64,000 bases of DNA from Geopsychrobacteraceae bacterium (GCA_963662315.1 OY759353.1:3328001-3392000); one strand, 5' to 3'. Positions 48,871 to 60,200 are shown, counted from the stretch's first letter. The notes: generated from the letters alone by a model not told the origin. Numbers and translations are program-made.

Positions 48871-51027
48871 TCAAACTACTTCAATCTTGTATTCTTTCAA
48901 CTTTCGATACAGCGTCGAGCGGCTGAGGCCAACCATCTCCGCAGCGGTGGGAATGCAATTGTTGGCACGCAGTAAAGCGGCTTCAATAGCAGCTTTTTCA
49001 ATATTTTTGAGGCACAGGTTTTCACTGCCAAAACCGCTGAAGCTGGAAATGTCATCCGCCTTGACCGGACTGGAGTCCATCAGGATATAGCGCGGAAGGT
49101 TATGCGGCTCAATAACCGGTCCGGTAACCGTATTGATGGCATGATGCATGGCATTCTGCAGCTGACGCACGTTGCCGGGCCATTTATATTCATTGAGGAT
49201 GCGCTCCACCTCAGAGCTGATTTGCGGAACCTCCCATCCCTGTTTCTGGCAGTACGCATCAACAAACGACTTGCCAAGCAAGGAGACATCCCTGTGCCGT
49301 TCACGCAAGGCTGGAATATAAACGGTCAGCACCGAAATCCGGTAATAGAGGTCCTCGCGGAAGGTCCCTTCTTCGACCATTTTCATGAGGTCTTTATTGG
49401 TCGCGGCCACCAGCCGAAAATCAACCTCTTTATAACGATTGCCCCCAATCCGCATGACCTTTTTGTCCTGTAAGGTTCTCAGTAGTATGGCCTGATGTTC
49501 AAGAGGCATATCGCCGATCTCATCCAGAAACAAGGTTCCGCCGTGAGACAATTCAATTTTTCCCGCTTTACCGCAACGCTCAGCCCCGGTAAAGCTGCCC
49601 CCTTCATAGCCAAACAGTTCGCTGCCGACCAGTTCCCGAGGTAATGCCGCGCAGTTAACAGCCATGAACGGGCCATCCGGGCGGTAGATATTGTGAATGG
49701 AATGGGCAAAAAGTTCTTTGCCGGTGCCACTTTCCCCTATCAGCAGAATATTTTCCGGAGACGTAGCAAAACGTTTCGCTTGCGCTATGGATGTCTTGAT
49801 CTCAGGGCTTTCCCCTTGAATATCATTAAAGGTATAGGTTGCCGAACGACCTGAACGGCCATTTATTTGAGAAGCCAGCTTCTCACAGTTGATAAACTTG
49901 AGAATAACGACATCCAGCTCCTTGGTATACTGATTCATAACCGGCCGGGCAGAGATCCGATAGGCTTTGGCCTTGTTATTGCCAACCTTGACGCACTCCT
50001 CAAGGGTAAAACTCTCCCCTTTTTGCGCGCGGCGCATAATCATTGACTCGGCGCCAAGGAATTCACGTATGTTACGATTACCAGCCTCCTCGGGACGAAC
50101 CTTGAAAATACGGATAGCCTCATTGTTGATCTGCAAAATTTTGCCCCGTTTATCAACCGCAACCATCCCTTCATCGATAAAGGCAAACGAGGCCGTCAAT
50201 GTTTTATGAACACTGACCATTTTGTCTCTGGCATTTTGCAGCTCACTATTAAGACGATCAATGTCACGACAGGCGCAATCATAATCGTTACCGGCCTTGA
50301 TGCACTTAAGCTGAGTCTCAACGGAAACCGCTAAAGAGGAAATCAGGCCAAGCGTATGCATGTAAAGGTGGTTGATGTTGTCGTCATCAAGGGAATCAAT
50401 CAGCGGTGGGCTCAAAATAACCAGCGCCGCACTGACCTCGCCGTTGGCATCGATAACCGGCGCAGCAGAAGCGATACGATTCTGCAGGGGAATGCAATAA
50501 TTCTCAGGACCCAGCAATTGTACAGGACGTTTCAGGCGAATACAGAGCTCATGCGCGGAGGTTCCCTGATTTTCTTCGTCAGCAAGAATACCAATGCGTG
50601 ATCCGGTTGCAGAAATTTCAGGATCTTCGGCCCATACCCCTTCATGGAGAAGAATGAGGCCGGAACGGTCAAAAAGATAAAACAGGTAGCCGCAATCGAC
50701 CATCTGCGGTTTGAATGGCTGAATAAGTTTTGCAGTAATTTCAATTAGTTGGCGATGTTTGTCTCGAATTTTTGAGAGCTTGTCCTCGCTGGGGATGGTG
50801 GAAACCTTGTAAGGATTCACACCTAACCGTCTGGAACGCATCCATGAAGCAGCAACCTCCTGATCCATACAGGGATTTTTGCTGGGGTCTTCCATCCGGT
50901 TATTGAAGAAGTCTTCTTTACAGCGAAGAATTGCCTGCCATCGTTCTTTGGTCAGTTTTTCCCTGCTTGCTCTGGCAAAAAGAACCTGTGCTCCCAGAAT
51001 ATCTGAGATCTGCTCTTTTAAATCCAT
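48871..51027 (-). CDS. sigma54-dependent activator (AcoR-like: GAF-PAS-AAA+-Fis HTH)
   Basis: SWMRS N-terminus, GESGTGKE, ELFG..GSFTGA, FLDEIG, FREDLYYR, WPGNVRQL, SRSTLYRK. Confidence 0.95.
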   Translation of the reverse strand: MDLKEQISDILGAQVLFARASREKLTKERWQAILRCKEDFFNNRMEDPSKNPCMDQEVAASWMRSRRLGVNPYKVSTIPSEDKLSKIRDKHRQLIEITAKLIQPFKPQMVDCGYLFYLFDRSGLILLHEGVWAEDPEISATGSRIGILADEENQGTSAHELCIRLKRPVQLLGPENYCIPLQNRIASAAPVIDANGEVSAALVILSPPLIDSLDDDNINHLYMHTLGLISSLAVSVETQLKCIKAGNDYDCACRDIDRLNSELQNARDKMVSVHKTLTASFAFIDEGMVAVDKRGKILQINNEAIRIFKVRPEEAGNRNIREFLGAESMIMRRAQKGESFTLEECVKVGNNKAKAYRISARPVMNQYTKELDVVILKFINCEKLASQINGRSGRSATYTFNDIQGESPEIKTSIAQAKRFATSPENILLIGESGTGKELFAHSIHNIYRPDGPFMAVNCAALPRELVGSELFGYEGGSFTGAERCGKAGKIELSHGGTLFLDEIGDMPLEHQAILLRTLQDKKVMRIGGNRYKEVDFRLVAATNKDLMKMVEEGTFREDLYYRISVLTVYIPALRERHRDVSLLGKSFVDAYCQKQGWEVPQISSEVERILNEYKWPGNVRQLQNAMHHAINTVTGPVIEPHNLPRYILMDSSPVKADDISSFSGFGSENLCLKNIEKAAIEAALLRANNCIPTAAEMVGLSRSTLYRKLKEYKIEVV

Positions 51028-51744
51028 GCAGTCCTCCTTCTACTTATGAAGTACTTTGGATCTGTTTTTCGTTACACCCTACATATATAAATCATTGTCA
51101 TACGGCTGCAAACTTTAAGCCTGAAAAACAATCCCCTCTCACATAACCGATTCTTCAATTCAAAACACGATGGAAAAGTTGAAATAGTTAAAAAATAAAA
51201 CAATATTTCAGATGTGGCCATCGTATACAGAGGCACCATTATAACATAAGAAGCATTGTTTACCAGAAAAAGAAAGTAACGGGTAGGCTTTGCGAATTAA
51301 AATTTAAGAAAATCACAATAGAATAGACACTTAAAAGGAACCTACGTGTCCAAGGCTAGAATAAAGAAGGCATAATAGTCAACAAGATTTCAAACAAACA
51401 CGATTTAGTCCTAATCAGGAAAGCGAAGAAATGGCATCAGGAACAGGTCGTTTCAAAATGACACTGTCCTCGCTGGCCATTCTCAAAATAACACACATGG
51501 CATTTCTCATCCTCATGTGTCTGCTTGATTAGTGATGCCTAGCAGTCTGCAGACTGACAGCCTTTCAGCACGCAATCCTGCATTGTTGGCAACTGCTACA
51601 AATCATCAGGCTGTTACAAAAAGCTTCAACAAATCATTTCTTCTGCCGCTCTATTTCAGAGTACCTAAAATCAGTAGGTTACATAAAGGAAGGTTCTGGT
51701 AAGCTGGTAATGTGAGAGAAAAACAGGAGGCTGGTTCTGCTCCG

Positions 51745-51760
51745 TGGCACCGTTTTTGCT
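51745..51760 (+). promoter_or_regulatory. sigma54 -24/-12 promoter of the GNAT-moaA operon
   Basis: TGGCACCGTTTTTGCT, near-perfect consensus. Confidence 0.85.
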
Positions 51761-51922
51761 CCTGATACGTCAGGACTCTGCTGAACCGGCAGTTCATTGT
51801 TAAGAAATAGACCGCAGATAAGCCCATGCTTATCATCTACGTGTTACGGGTTAATCAGTGAGGATAGCAAGCGGAAGTGGCAAATGTAACTTCTATTCCA
51901 CTTAAATGATCGGGAGTCAGTC

Positions 51923-52393
51923 ATGACCTATCAGGTCAGATTAGCTAATATAGATGATGTAAAACCACTGCAGATGATCCTTCAGTCCAGTGACATGGAT
52001 CTGGTCAGTGATATTGAGGACCATGTCGTTATCACCGATGAGCAGGGGGTCTGTGGTGGTGGTCTGATTTTTCAGATGGACGAAAATTATTTTCACCTGC
52101 TGACCATAGCTGTTTGTCAGGAAGAACGCAGCCGGGGAATAGGCAGTGTGCTGCTACAGCAGATCCTGAAGCAGCCATGGACATGCTGTAAAGATGCGAT
52201 TTTTAATCCCGGAGAACCGTATCGGGTCACAACCGTTGCGCGCGGTAAGAGTCGCCCGTTTTATGAAAAGAACGGGTTGACCCTGTGTGAATTCGGCGAC
52301 CTGGTAGCGCCATTTATTGACCAGTGCGATACCTGTCCCGATGTCGCTGACTGCAATGGAGTCGCCATGACATTTTCAGGGCGGATCTCATGA
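51923..52393 (+). CDS. GNAT family N-acetyltransferase with C-terminal CxxC-x5-C
   Basis: IAV..EERSRGIGSVLL and FYEKNG motifs. Confidence 0.85.
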   Translation: MTYQVRLANIDDVKPLQMILQSSDMDLVSDIEDHVVITDEQGVCGGGLIFQMDENYFHLLTIAVCQEERSRGIGSVLLQQILKQPWTCCKDAIFNPGEPYRVTTVARGKSRPFYEKNGLTLCEFGDLVAPFIDQCDTCPDVADCNGVAMTFSGRIS

Positions 52394-53178
52394 ACGGCAG
52401 CTTTAAAATCCTTGGTTCCGGTGCCGGACCCGGTGTTCCTTCGTTTTTCTGCGACTGCTGTGGATGCCGTGAGGCCAGAGAGAACCCGAACCTGGTGCGC
52501 ACCCGCAGTGGCGCGCTGCTGACAACTGGTTCAAAAAATTTGCTTATCGATACGTCGCCCGACCTGAGAACCCAGCTGGTCCGGGAACGCATAGACACCA
52601 TTGACGGTATTTTTATGACCCATTGGCACTTTGATCATTTTGGTGGCATTGGCGAACTGGAATATTACGTCAAATTAGTCAGAAAGCAGCCAGTCGCTTT
52701 GCATTTACCGCCTGGCGCTGTTCAGGAGTTTACGGCCGCATTTCCAGGACTCATGGATGTTTTTCAGGTTATTCCATGGCAATTCGGCACCCCGTGTTGC
52801 GTTGGAGACCTGACAGTGACGCCACTGCCTGCAATCCATAGTGTCGAAACCGCTGGATTTCTTATTGAATCGACCACCAGACGGCTCGCCTATTTTCCGG
52901 ATACGGCAGATCTTGAAGGTAACGTAAAGCAGCAGCTTCAGGGGCTCGACTGGTTTATCTGTGACGCAACATTTACGGGAGAGAACTGGTTTCCCAACAG
53001 CCATATGTCGATTGCCCAGGCCATTGAACTCGGCCGAAAAATCTCCGCAAAATCAACTATTCTGACCCATCTGGCTGTACATTACAGCCAGGCGATGACA
53101 GTCACAGAGTTGCAGCAATTGATCAAACCATATTCCCAGGTTCAACTTGCCTATGACGGCATGAGTCTGGTGCTGTAG
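52390..53178 (+). CDS. Metallo-beta-lactamase fold hydrolase (PhnP-like)
   Basis: LGSG..GVP..C.C..C, THWHFDH and LTH..AYDGM motifs. Confidence 0.9.
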   Translation: MNGSFKILGSGAGPGVPSFFCDCCGCREARENPNLVRTRSGALLTTGSKNLLIDTSPDLRTQLVRERIDTIDGIFMTHWHFDHFGGIGELEYYVKLVRKQPVALHLPPGAVQEFTAAFPGLMDVFQVIPWQFGTPCCVGDLTVTPLPAIHSVETAGFLIESTTRRLAYFPDTADLEGNVKQQLQGLDWFICDATFTGENWFPNSHMSIAQAIELGRKISAKSTILTHLAVHYSQAMTVTELQQLIKPYSQVQLAYDGMSLVL

Positions 53179-53196
53179 CATGGAAAGGGGATTACA

Positions 53197-53793
53197 ATGA
53201 AAATGTCCTTAGGACCGGAAGCCTTGGCTATCCCTTCACCGGTCTGGGTTGTTGGTAGCTACGGTATAAATGAACAACCGAATATCATGGTTGTCGCCTG
53301 GGGGGCAATTTGTTGTACGACCCCTCCCTGTATATCTATTGCCTTGAAAAAAACCCGAGCAACCTATTCAAACATTATGGAACACGAAGCCTTTACCATC
53401 AGCATTCCGTCACGGGAATATCTGATTGAGACCGACTATGTCGGCATGGTTTCAGGAATTTCTCACGACAAATTTTCTACTGCCGGATTAACTCCGGTGC
53501 GTAGTAATGTTGTTAATGCTCCTTATGTTCAGGAATTTCCGCTTATAATGGAATGTTCCTTGCTTCATATGTTGGAAATTGGCTCACACACCCAGTTCAT
53601 AGGACAGATAATGGATGTCAAGGCTGACGAGCATGTTCTGGGTGAAAACGGACTGCCGGTTGCCCAGAAAATAGATCCGCTTATCAGCAGTGCTTGTGAA
53701 AGAGCCTACTATGGCCTGGGCGATTACGTTGAACAGGCCTGTCTGCTCGGCAGCAACCTGCTTGAACCGCATGTAGAAGAAGAGATTGATTGA
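53197..53793 (+). CDS. Flavin reductase / flavoredoxin family protein
   Basis: P.PV.VVGSY..PNIM..AW, DYVG..SG and EC..HTQFIG motifs. Confidence 0.9.
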   Translation: MKMSLGPEALAIPSPVWVVGSYGINEQPNIMVVAWGAICCTTPPCISIALKKTRATYSNIMEHEAFTISIPSREYLIETDYVGMVSGISHDKFSTAGLTPVRSNVVNAPYVQEFPLIMECSLLHMLEIGSHTQFIGQIMDVKADEHVLGENGLPVAQKIDPLISSACERAYYGLGDYVEQACLLGSNLLEPHVEEEID

Positions 53794-53869
53794 ATTTGAG
53801 CATTGCGACAATTTATCACTGACCTGTCACCGCTGACAGATCGGTCAACTGCTGATAGTGAGGGACATC

Positions 53870-54850
53870 ATGCAACTTATTGATTCTTTCGGACGCCAGA
53901 TCAACTATCTTCGCCTGTCTATCACCGATCGCTGTAATCTGCGCTGTTTTTATTGCATGCCGGAAGGTGGTGTACACTCATGCATGCACGAGGATGTTCT
54001 CTCCTATGAAGATTTAAAGATCATTTCAGAGACGGCCGTCAATCTTGGTATTGAAAAAATCAGGATCACTGGCGGCGAACCTCTGGTTCGTCAGGGGCTT
54101 GTCCCTTTTCTGGCTCAACTGTCCGGGATTCCTGGCCTGCACCACCTGGCCATTTCAACCAATGGTCTACTGCTCCCTAAAATGGCGCGCGATCTGTATT
54201 TTTCCGGGGTTCAGCGTCTGAATGTCAGTCTCGACTCATTGAAACCTGAAAAATTTGAAAAGATAACCCGTGGTGGCAAACTGAAACATGTTTTGGATGG
54301 CCTTGAAGAAGCCGTCAAGGTCGGCTTTCCTGCTCCCAAGCTTAATATTGTCGCCATGCGCGGCATTAATGACGATGAAATTCTTGATTTCGTTGAGATG
54401 ACCAGGTCTCACGGTAACTCCATTCGTTTTATCGAATATATGCCAACCCTGAAACAAAAGGGCTGGCAGGAAAATTGGATTTCAGGGCAGGAAATTCTTG
54501 ATCTGATTTCCACCCGCTATCCTCTGGAAGAAGTCGACAAAGGGCCATATGCCGGCCCGTCTAAAGACTTCCGCATTCCGGGAGCCCGTGGAACCATCGG
54601 CATCATTACCGCTATTTCGGGGCACTTCTGTGCTCAGTGTAATCGCATCAGAATTACTTCACAGGGGAAAGCCAAAGGCTGTCTTTTTTCAAACCACGAA
54701 GTTGATCTCTTTCCGTGGCTCAAAAAAGGAGACCGGGCTTCAGTGGCTTACCTGCTGCAAGATCTGGTTATCAAAAAACCTGAACGTCATGGCATATCGA
54801 CGGAAGGCTATGAACACAATAATTTCATCATGTCTCAAGTCGGTGGCTGA
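53870..54850 (+). CDS. moaA: GTP 3',8-cyclase
   Basis: YLRLSITDRCNLRCFYCMP, FC..CNRIR..GCL, C-terminal MSQVGG. Confidence 0.97.
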   Translation: MQLIDSFGRQINYLRLSITDRCNLRCFYCMPEGGVHSCMHEDVLSYEDLKIISETAVNLGIEKIRITGGEPLVRQGLVPFLAQLSGIPGLHHLAISTNGLLLPKMARDLYFSGVQRLNVSLDSLKPEKFEKITRGGKLKHVLDGLEEAVKVGFPAPKLNIVAMRGINDDEILDFVEMTRSHGNSIRFIEYMPTLKQKGWQENWISGQEILDLISTRYPLEEVDKGPYAGPSKDFRIPGARGTIGIITAISGHFCAQCNRIRITSQGKAKGCLFSNHEVDLFPWLKKGDRASVAYLLQDLVIKKPERHGISTEGYEHNNFIMSQVGG

Positions 54851-54925
54851 TAATACCGACTGAAGGGCTAAGCGATAAATGTCCCAAACGCGCTTTATTC
54901 AAAGCAGGAAAGGAATGTAGAGCTG

Positions 54926-55297
54926 ATGTTCAAGACCAAATTTGAAGACAATGAAGTCAATATTTTCATGAGTAAAGAGATCGTTGAGATGCTGACCAAC
55001 AGTGGCGTCAACTATGTCGAAGTTTTCCGTCTCATTGAAAGTTTCTCCCAAAAACTGCTGGTTAAAGGTGAAGATGGTGAAATCAGAATGGAAAATGACG
55101 ACACCCGGGCAACGATTGACCTCAATGTAAAATGGGATGTCGAAGCCAAAAAAGTGCAGATTGATGTTGTGTCCGTTAATCTCAACGGCATGGGGCCAAG
55201 AGACATGCCGAAAATGCCCAACGGTGCCAGAGTAGACCTCGGCCAGTCAGCCAGCGCTATGAACGATATGGCTAACGCCCCGACAGCAGCCAATTAA
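54926..55297 (+). CDS. Hypothetical protein
   Basis: AAGGA RBS; 123-aa ORF within the operon. Confidence 0.7.
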   Translation: MFKTKFEDNEVNIFMSKEIVEMLTNSGVNYVEVFRLIESFSQKLLVKGEDGEIRMENDDTRATIDLNVKWDVEAKKVQIDVVSVNLNGMGPRDMPKMPNGARVDLGQSASAMNDMANAPTAAN

Positions 55298-55322
55298 CAC
55301 GGATATCAATCAGGCTACGACG

Positions 55323-56030
55323 ATGTCCGGTCAACTTAAGATAACCCACCGTCAGGCGCTCCTGCTGTTTACGCAGGAGTTCCGCAAGGAACGGAAAAAT
55401 CTTGGTTTTGGTAAGCAGATGGACCATTCGGTCCATCTGGCTTTACAGCACCGGACCGTTAATCTGCTGAACCAGTTCGACCAGGCCGATATCGTTATTG
55501 TTCATGGCGGAACCGCACCACAGCTTGGTAAGGCGCATTATTTGCCGGAACGTGGTCACGATTTTAACAGCCGCTTCTTAAATGCTCTGCATGATACCTT
55601 TGCGTTGGGCTATGAACGGGTTGTTGCGGTCGGTGGCGACATCCCCAAGCTGCAATGCGAGGATATCAGAATTGCGCTGAGTGCCGATAAGCTTGTTATT
55701 GGCCCCACCCATGATGGTGGTTTCTATCTTGCCGCACTGACGCCACAGGACCTTCCCCTGTTCAATCGTTTGCCTTGGCGTCAGAGCAGTCTGCTCGATC
55801 AGCTGACCCAGCGACTGATACAGGCCCAGTGTGAGTATCAGTTCATTGTCCGCCGTAAAGATATTGACCATGCCGCAGATGCACGTCAGACCGCCACGCT
55901 GTTAATCAGCTTAGTCCGCCAGTGGCTCAAATATCTGCGTCTGGAGAAAAACTTTTCCCACTGTATTTTTCTTATTCTTACTGATCGCCTTCCCGCACCG
56001 CGCTATCACTCACTACCGCCGCCAGCATAA
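55323..56030 (+). CDS. DUF2064/TIGR04282-type transferase-like protein
   Basis: RG..F..R..NA, VV.VG.D.P.L, VIGP..DGGFYL, LPW and DID motifs. Confidence 0.8.
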   Translation: MSGQLKITHRQALLLFTQEFRKERKNLGFGKQMDHSVHLALQHRTVNLLNQFDQADIVIVHGGTAPQLGKAHYLPERGHDFNSRFLNALHDTFALGYERVVAVGGDIPKLQCEDIRIALSADKLVIGPTHDGGFYLAALTPQDLPLFNRLPWRQSSLLDQLTQRLIQAQCEYQFIVRRKDIDHAADARQTATLLISLVRQWLKYLRLEKNFSHCIFLILTDRLPAPRYHSLPPPA

Positions 56031-56309
56031 CCCCTCCGATTCTGCATTAATCGACTCTTTTCGGAATACTAATAACCAGGCTCCCGACCTGGTCGATACC
56101 CGACTGCTGATGCTCTGGAGTCGGTGTCAGCGAAGTGAGTGGCAGTTGTACCGGTTTATCGGCAACCATAATCCAATCACTTAAAGATCGCCTGGCCGCC
56201 CTGAGTCGATTTATCGTTACGCAAAGATTGTCGCCTGACCGTATCCGTATCCCTCTGTGGCAGATATCCGTGTCTAGCGCTGAGATCCCTCTTTAAGCAA
56301 GGAAACATT

Positions 56310-57254
56310 ATGAAATTTTATCTTACCTCAGTAGCAACAGCCGTTGCCCTGATCCTTCTGGTTTTGCTGCCAGGGAACGGCTTCGCAAAAGAATCACTGC
56401 GGTTAGCTTATCCTCAGAAAGTTTGTTACGAGCCTTTTATCATTGCCAAGGCCAAGGGCTATTTTGCTGCTGAAGGGCTAACGGTCGATATCAAGCGAGT
56501 CAACGGTGGTATCCTTGCGGCGGAAAGTCTGATGACCGGTGCTACTGATGTCGCTGCCATGGGGGATGCTCCCTTTCTGATCGCGGCCTCCCGCAGCAAT
56601 AAAGTGCGCCTGGTCACCCGCTACGGCGGCGGCACAAAGATGCATCGTATGGTATCCAGCACTGCGCTGACCGACATTCATCAGCTTGAAGGAGCGCGAG
56701 TCGGTATCCAGATGGGATCAAGCACCTATGGAGCCATGCTGGCTTGGGCACAACAGAGTGGATTGGATACAAAGAAGATCAAGTTCGTCCCCTTGAGTCC
56801 TCTCGATATTCCGCAGGCTATGCTGACCGGACAGATCGATGCCATGGCGGGCAGCGAACCCTGGCCTACCAATACGGAGACAACATGTGGTGACAAAGTC
56901 CACAGGCTGACCGATTTCAGTGCCCTCGGGAATTCCTTTCCTATTGTTATTGCTGCAACAGACGAGGTTCTTAAAGAACGGCAGGCTGACATTGAGGCTC
57001 TTTTGCGTGCTGTAAACCGTGCCATAACCTTTATGGCCAACGAACAGGAAGAAACGGTGAAAATTCTCTCGGCAGCAATCGGGCTACCTGAACCACAGCA
57101 ACGTCAGTGTACCTATCAGCTCGATTGGGGGATCGGCTTTACGCCACAGGATGAAAAAAGTTTGAACATGACGGCAGAGTTTCTGGAAGAACTGGGAAAA
57201 ATTGACAGAGTCCCACACTTTTCGGCGTTTGCATCAGCCCCTTCAGTACAGTAA
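56310..57254 (+). CDS. ABC transporter substrate-binding protein (SsuA/TauA/NMT1-like)
   Basis: Signal peptide; IAKAKGYF..EGL.V and G..DA...EP motifs. Confidence 0.88.
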   Translation: MKFYLTSVATAVALILLVLLPGNGFAKESLRLAYPQKVCYEPFIIAKAKGYFAAEGLTVDIKRVNGGILAAESLMTGATDVAAMGDAPFLIAASRSNKVRLVTRYGGGTKMHRMVSSTALTDIHQLEGARVGIQMGSSTYGAMLAWAQQSGLDTKKIKFVPLSPLDIPQAMLTGQIDAMAGSEPWPTNTETTCGDKVHRLTDFSALGNSFPIVIAATDEVLKERQADIEALLRAVNRAITFMANEQEETVKILSAAIGLPEPQQRQCTYQLDWGIGFTPQDEKSLNMTAEFLEELGKIDRVPHFSAFASAPSVQ

Positions 57255-57271
57255 AGAAAGGCAGCACGGTT

Positions 57272-60200
57272 ATGAGTATCACCAATTACCAACCACTTAC
57301 CTTTGCCGACACTACGATTTTTGTCGACCCCTTGAAACCAGACTGGTTCGTTGCCAGCCCTCGTGCCAATGAGTTGATCTGTAGCTATCAGCAACATATC
57401 AGGAAGCCTCTGAAACCTGCTGAGCAATTTGCTTTTGAACGCCTGCTTGATCGCTTTCCGACCCGACCTTGTGCACCACTTGCAGGCCGTGCAGAGGTCA
57501 AGGAATTAACGGAACTCAAGGAATGCTGGTTCCATATTACCAACCGTTGCAACATGCGCTGCCGTCATTGCCTGTTTGCCTCGGGTGAAGGGGACACCTC
57601 GGAACTCCCCTTTGATAAGCTTCTCGCCGCTGTCGACCAGGCCCACGAACTTGGCTGCCGGATTTTCTACTTCACCGGTGGAGAACCCCTCATTTACCCA
57701 CGCTTTACTGAAATCTGCGCCCATATCCTTGACGACCCGGCCTGCCATATCGTCATTCTCACCAACGGCCGAGCCCTGGCCACTATCAAAGACTGGCTGA
57801 CCACGCAGGATTTGAGTCGTCTACATTTTCAGATCAGTATTGATGGCATGCAGCAAAACCATGAGGATCTGCGCGGCCCCGGAAGCTTTGGCGAGTTGGA
57901 GGCAACCCTGAAATCCCTCGCTAGTATGCAGATCGCCACCACCCTGTCCATGTCAATTAACAGCAATAATGTTCACGAAATGACCCAGGTGACGGAATTT
58001 GCAGCTGCTCACGGTGTTGCCACGCTGCATTTCATGTGGCTATTCCTTAAAGGAAAAGCCCAGGAACCGCTGTTTGCTTCACCTGATACCATTTTTACCG
58101 CAGCTTGCCAGGCCTATGAACGCGCAGAACAGCTGGGATTGAGCATCGATAATTTTGATATCATGAAAACCCAGGTCTTCAATTTCCCCGGCATCCGTAT
58201 GGATCTGGGTAACTCCTGCTGGGAGAGCCTGACCGTAGGCCCCAACGGCAAGGTTTACCCTTCCCCGGCAACTGTCTATGAAGACAAGTTATGCTGCGGT
58301 CATATTGATGAGGGGCTGGAAAACACCTGGCGCAACAGCACTATGGCCAAGCAGATCCGTTCCTTATCTGTTGTTGATTGTCTGGCTCTGAACGATGATC
58401 CCCTGCGCTTTCTTATCGGTGGTGGTGATATTGACCACAGCTATATCTACTCCGGGAATTTCGTCGGTGAAGATCCCTACCTCCCCCTCTACCGCCAACT
58501 GGCACTCTACCTGATCAGCAGGGAAGCAAAAACCAGTGGTACAAGCGACACCATCGGTCTGCTTGCGCGCATGGGGGAACGGATTGAAGAGTGTGACGAA
58601 AGCGGCTCGGAAGTCTGTTTCACTCATTCCAACTGTGTCCTGTCGCTGGCTGATCGGGATGGTCGGACCTCGGTACGCTCCTTCTATTCTGAAGCGGCCG
58701 AAGAAGTTAATGAAGATATCGTCAATCCGGTTCATTATGACACCGAGCTGATCGATCATATCCCGGAAAGCGCCAGGGTCCGTAGCTACGGTTGTGGCAG
58801 CCCGGTTATGGACTGTGGCCTGGAAGCAGGAGAAACCCTGGTCGATCTCGGCTCCGGCACCGGTGTCGAATGCTTTATCGCCGGTCGCCAGGCCGGTCGC
58901 AACGGCCGGGCCTACGGCATCGACATGTCGGATACCATGCTGTCTAGAGCACGTAGCGCGGCTGCACAGGTTGCGGAAAATCTTGGTTATGCCAATGTCG
59001 AATTCAAAAAGGGCTTCCTTGAGGATATTCCATTAGCGGATGAGGAATGTGATGTTGTCATTTCCAACTGTGTGATCAACCTGTCCATCGATAAACGTCA
59101 GACCTTCCGGGAAATTTTCCGTATCCTGAAACCGGGCGGCCGAATATTTATCTCTGACATTATCAAAAATACTGACATTCCCCTGCACATTCAAATCAAC
59201 GAGAAACTGCGTGGCGAATGTATCGGCGGGGCTATGCACGAACGGGATCTGTTCGGTATTCTCGATGATTTCGGTTTTCGCGATATTCGTGTCGTCAAAC
59301 GCTTCCTGTATCGCGAAGTCAAAGGTTACCCCTTTTATTCACTGACCTACCAGGCCTTCAAGCCGGGCCCCAAAAAACAAACATCTATGATCTATCGCGG
59401 TCCCTTTGCCGCGGTCATCACCGATGACGGACACATTGTGCAACGGGGGCAGACCTGCAGTGTTTCGCTATCCGCTAAGCTTAAACTTGGGGATGATGTC
59501 ATGGCTCTGGATGACAAAGGGCAAGTCACCAATCTCGAGCAGGAGATGAGCTGTTGCTGTCTGCCTGATATGGGTCTGACGGACAGTACTAAACCAGAAA
59601 TCAAAGGCGCCCACAAATCAGGCTGTATGGTGTGTGGTAAGCCTCTCAAAATCCTGATCGAACCACGCGTTCTCAGTTGCCAGTACTGTGGCAAAGAAGA
59701 GCGGGTGGAAAGCTGCTGTGAAGATGATCACTATGTCTGCGATCACTGTCATATCCATGCCGCAGCTGACATGATCAAGCAGGTGTGCCTGTCCACCAAA
59801 GAGAAAGATGTCATCAATATCTTCAAGGAGTTGCGGGCCAATCCGGACTTTCCAACCCATGGTCCCCACCATCATCCGATGGTGCCGGGGATACTGCTGG
59901 CCGCTTATCGCAACAACGGGGGCAATATCAGTGATGAACAGATTATCACCGGCATTTCCCGCGGAGCCCTGATCCCCGGAGCCTCTTGTTCGTTCTTTGG
60001 TGTTGATGGCGCCGCCCAGGGTGTTGGTATCGCCTTTTCCGTCATCCTCGGAGCCACCCCTTTTGACGGTAACTTGCGGCAGACTGTACAGAAAACAGTC
60101 ATCAGGGTTGCTGACCGCATAGCGGCCATGCCCTTTGCCCGTTGCTGCCAGCGTGAATGCTGGACCGCTTTGCGGGAAGCTGAAGTTATCTCACGAGAAT

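Noticed and set aside
51107..51122. Possible sigma54 site upstream of the activator (minus strand AGGCTTAAAGTTTGCA)
   Set aside because: Spacing is right but the -24 element is poor; too weak to call.
53813..53858. Moco riboswitch upstream of moaA
   Set aside because: Only a single ~45-nt nested hairpin; too short and lacks the multi-stem Moco consensus I recall.
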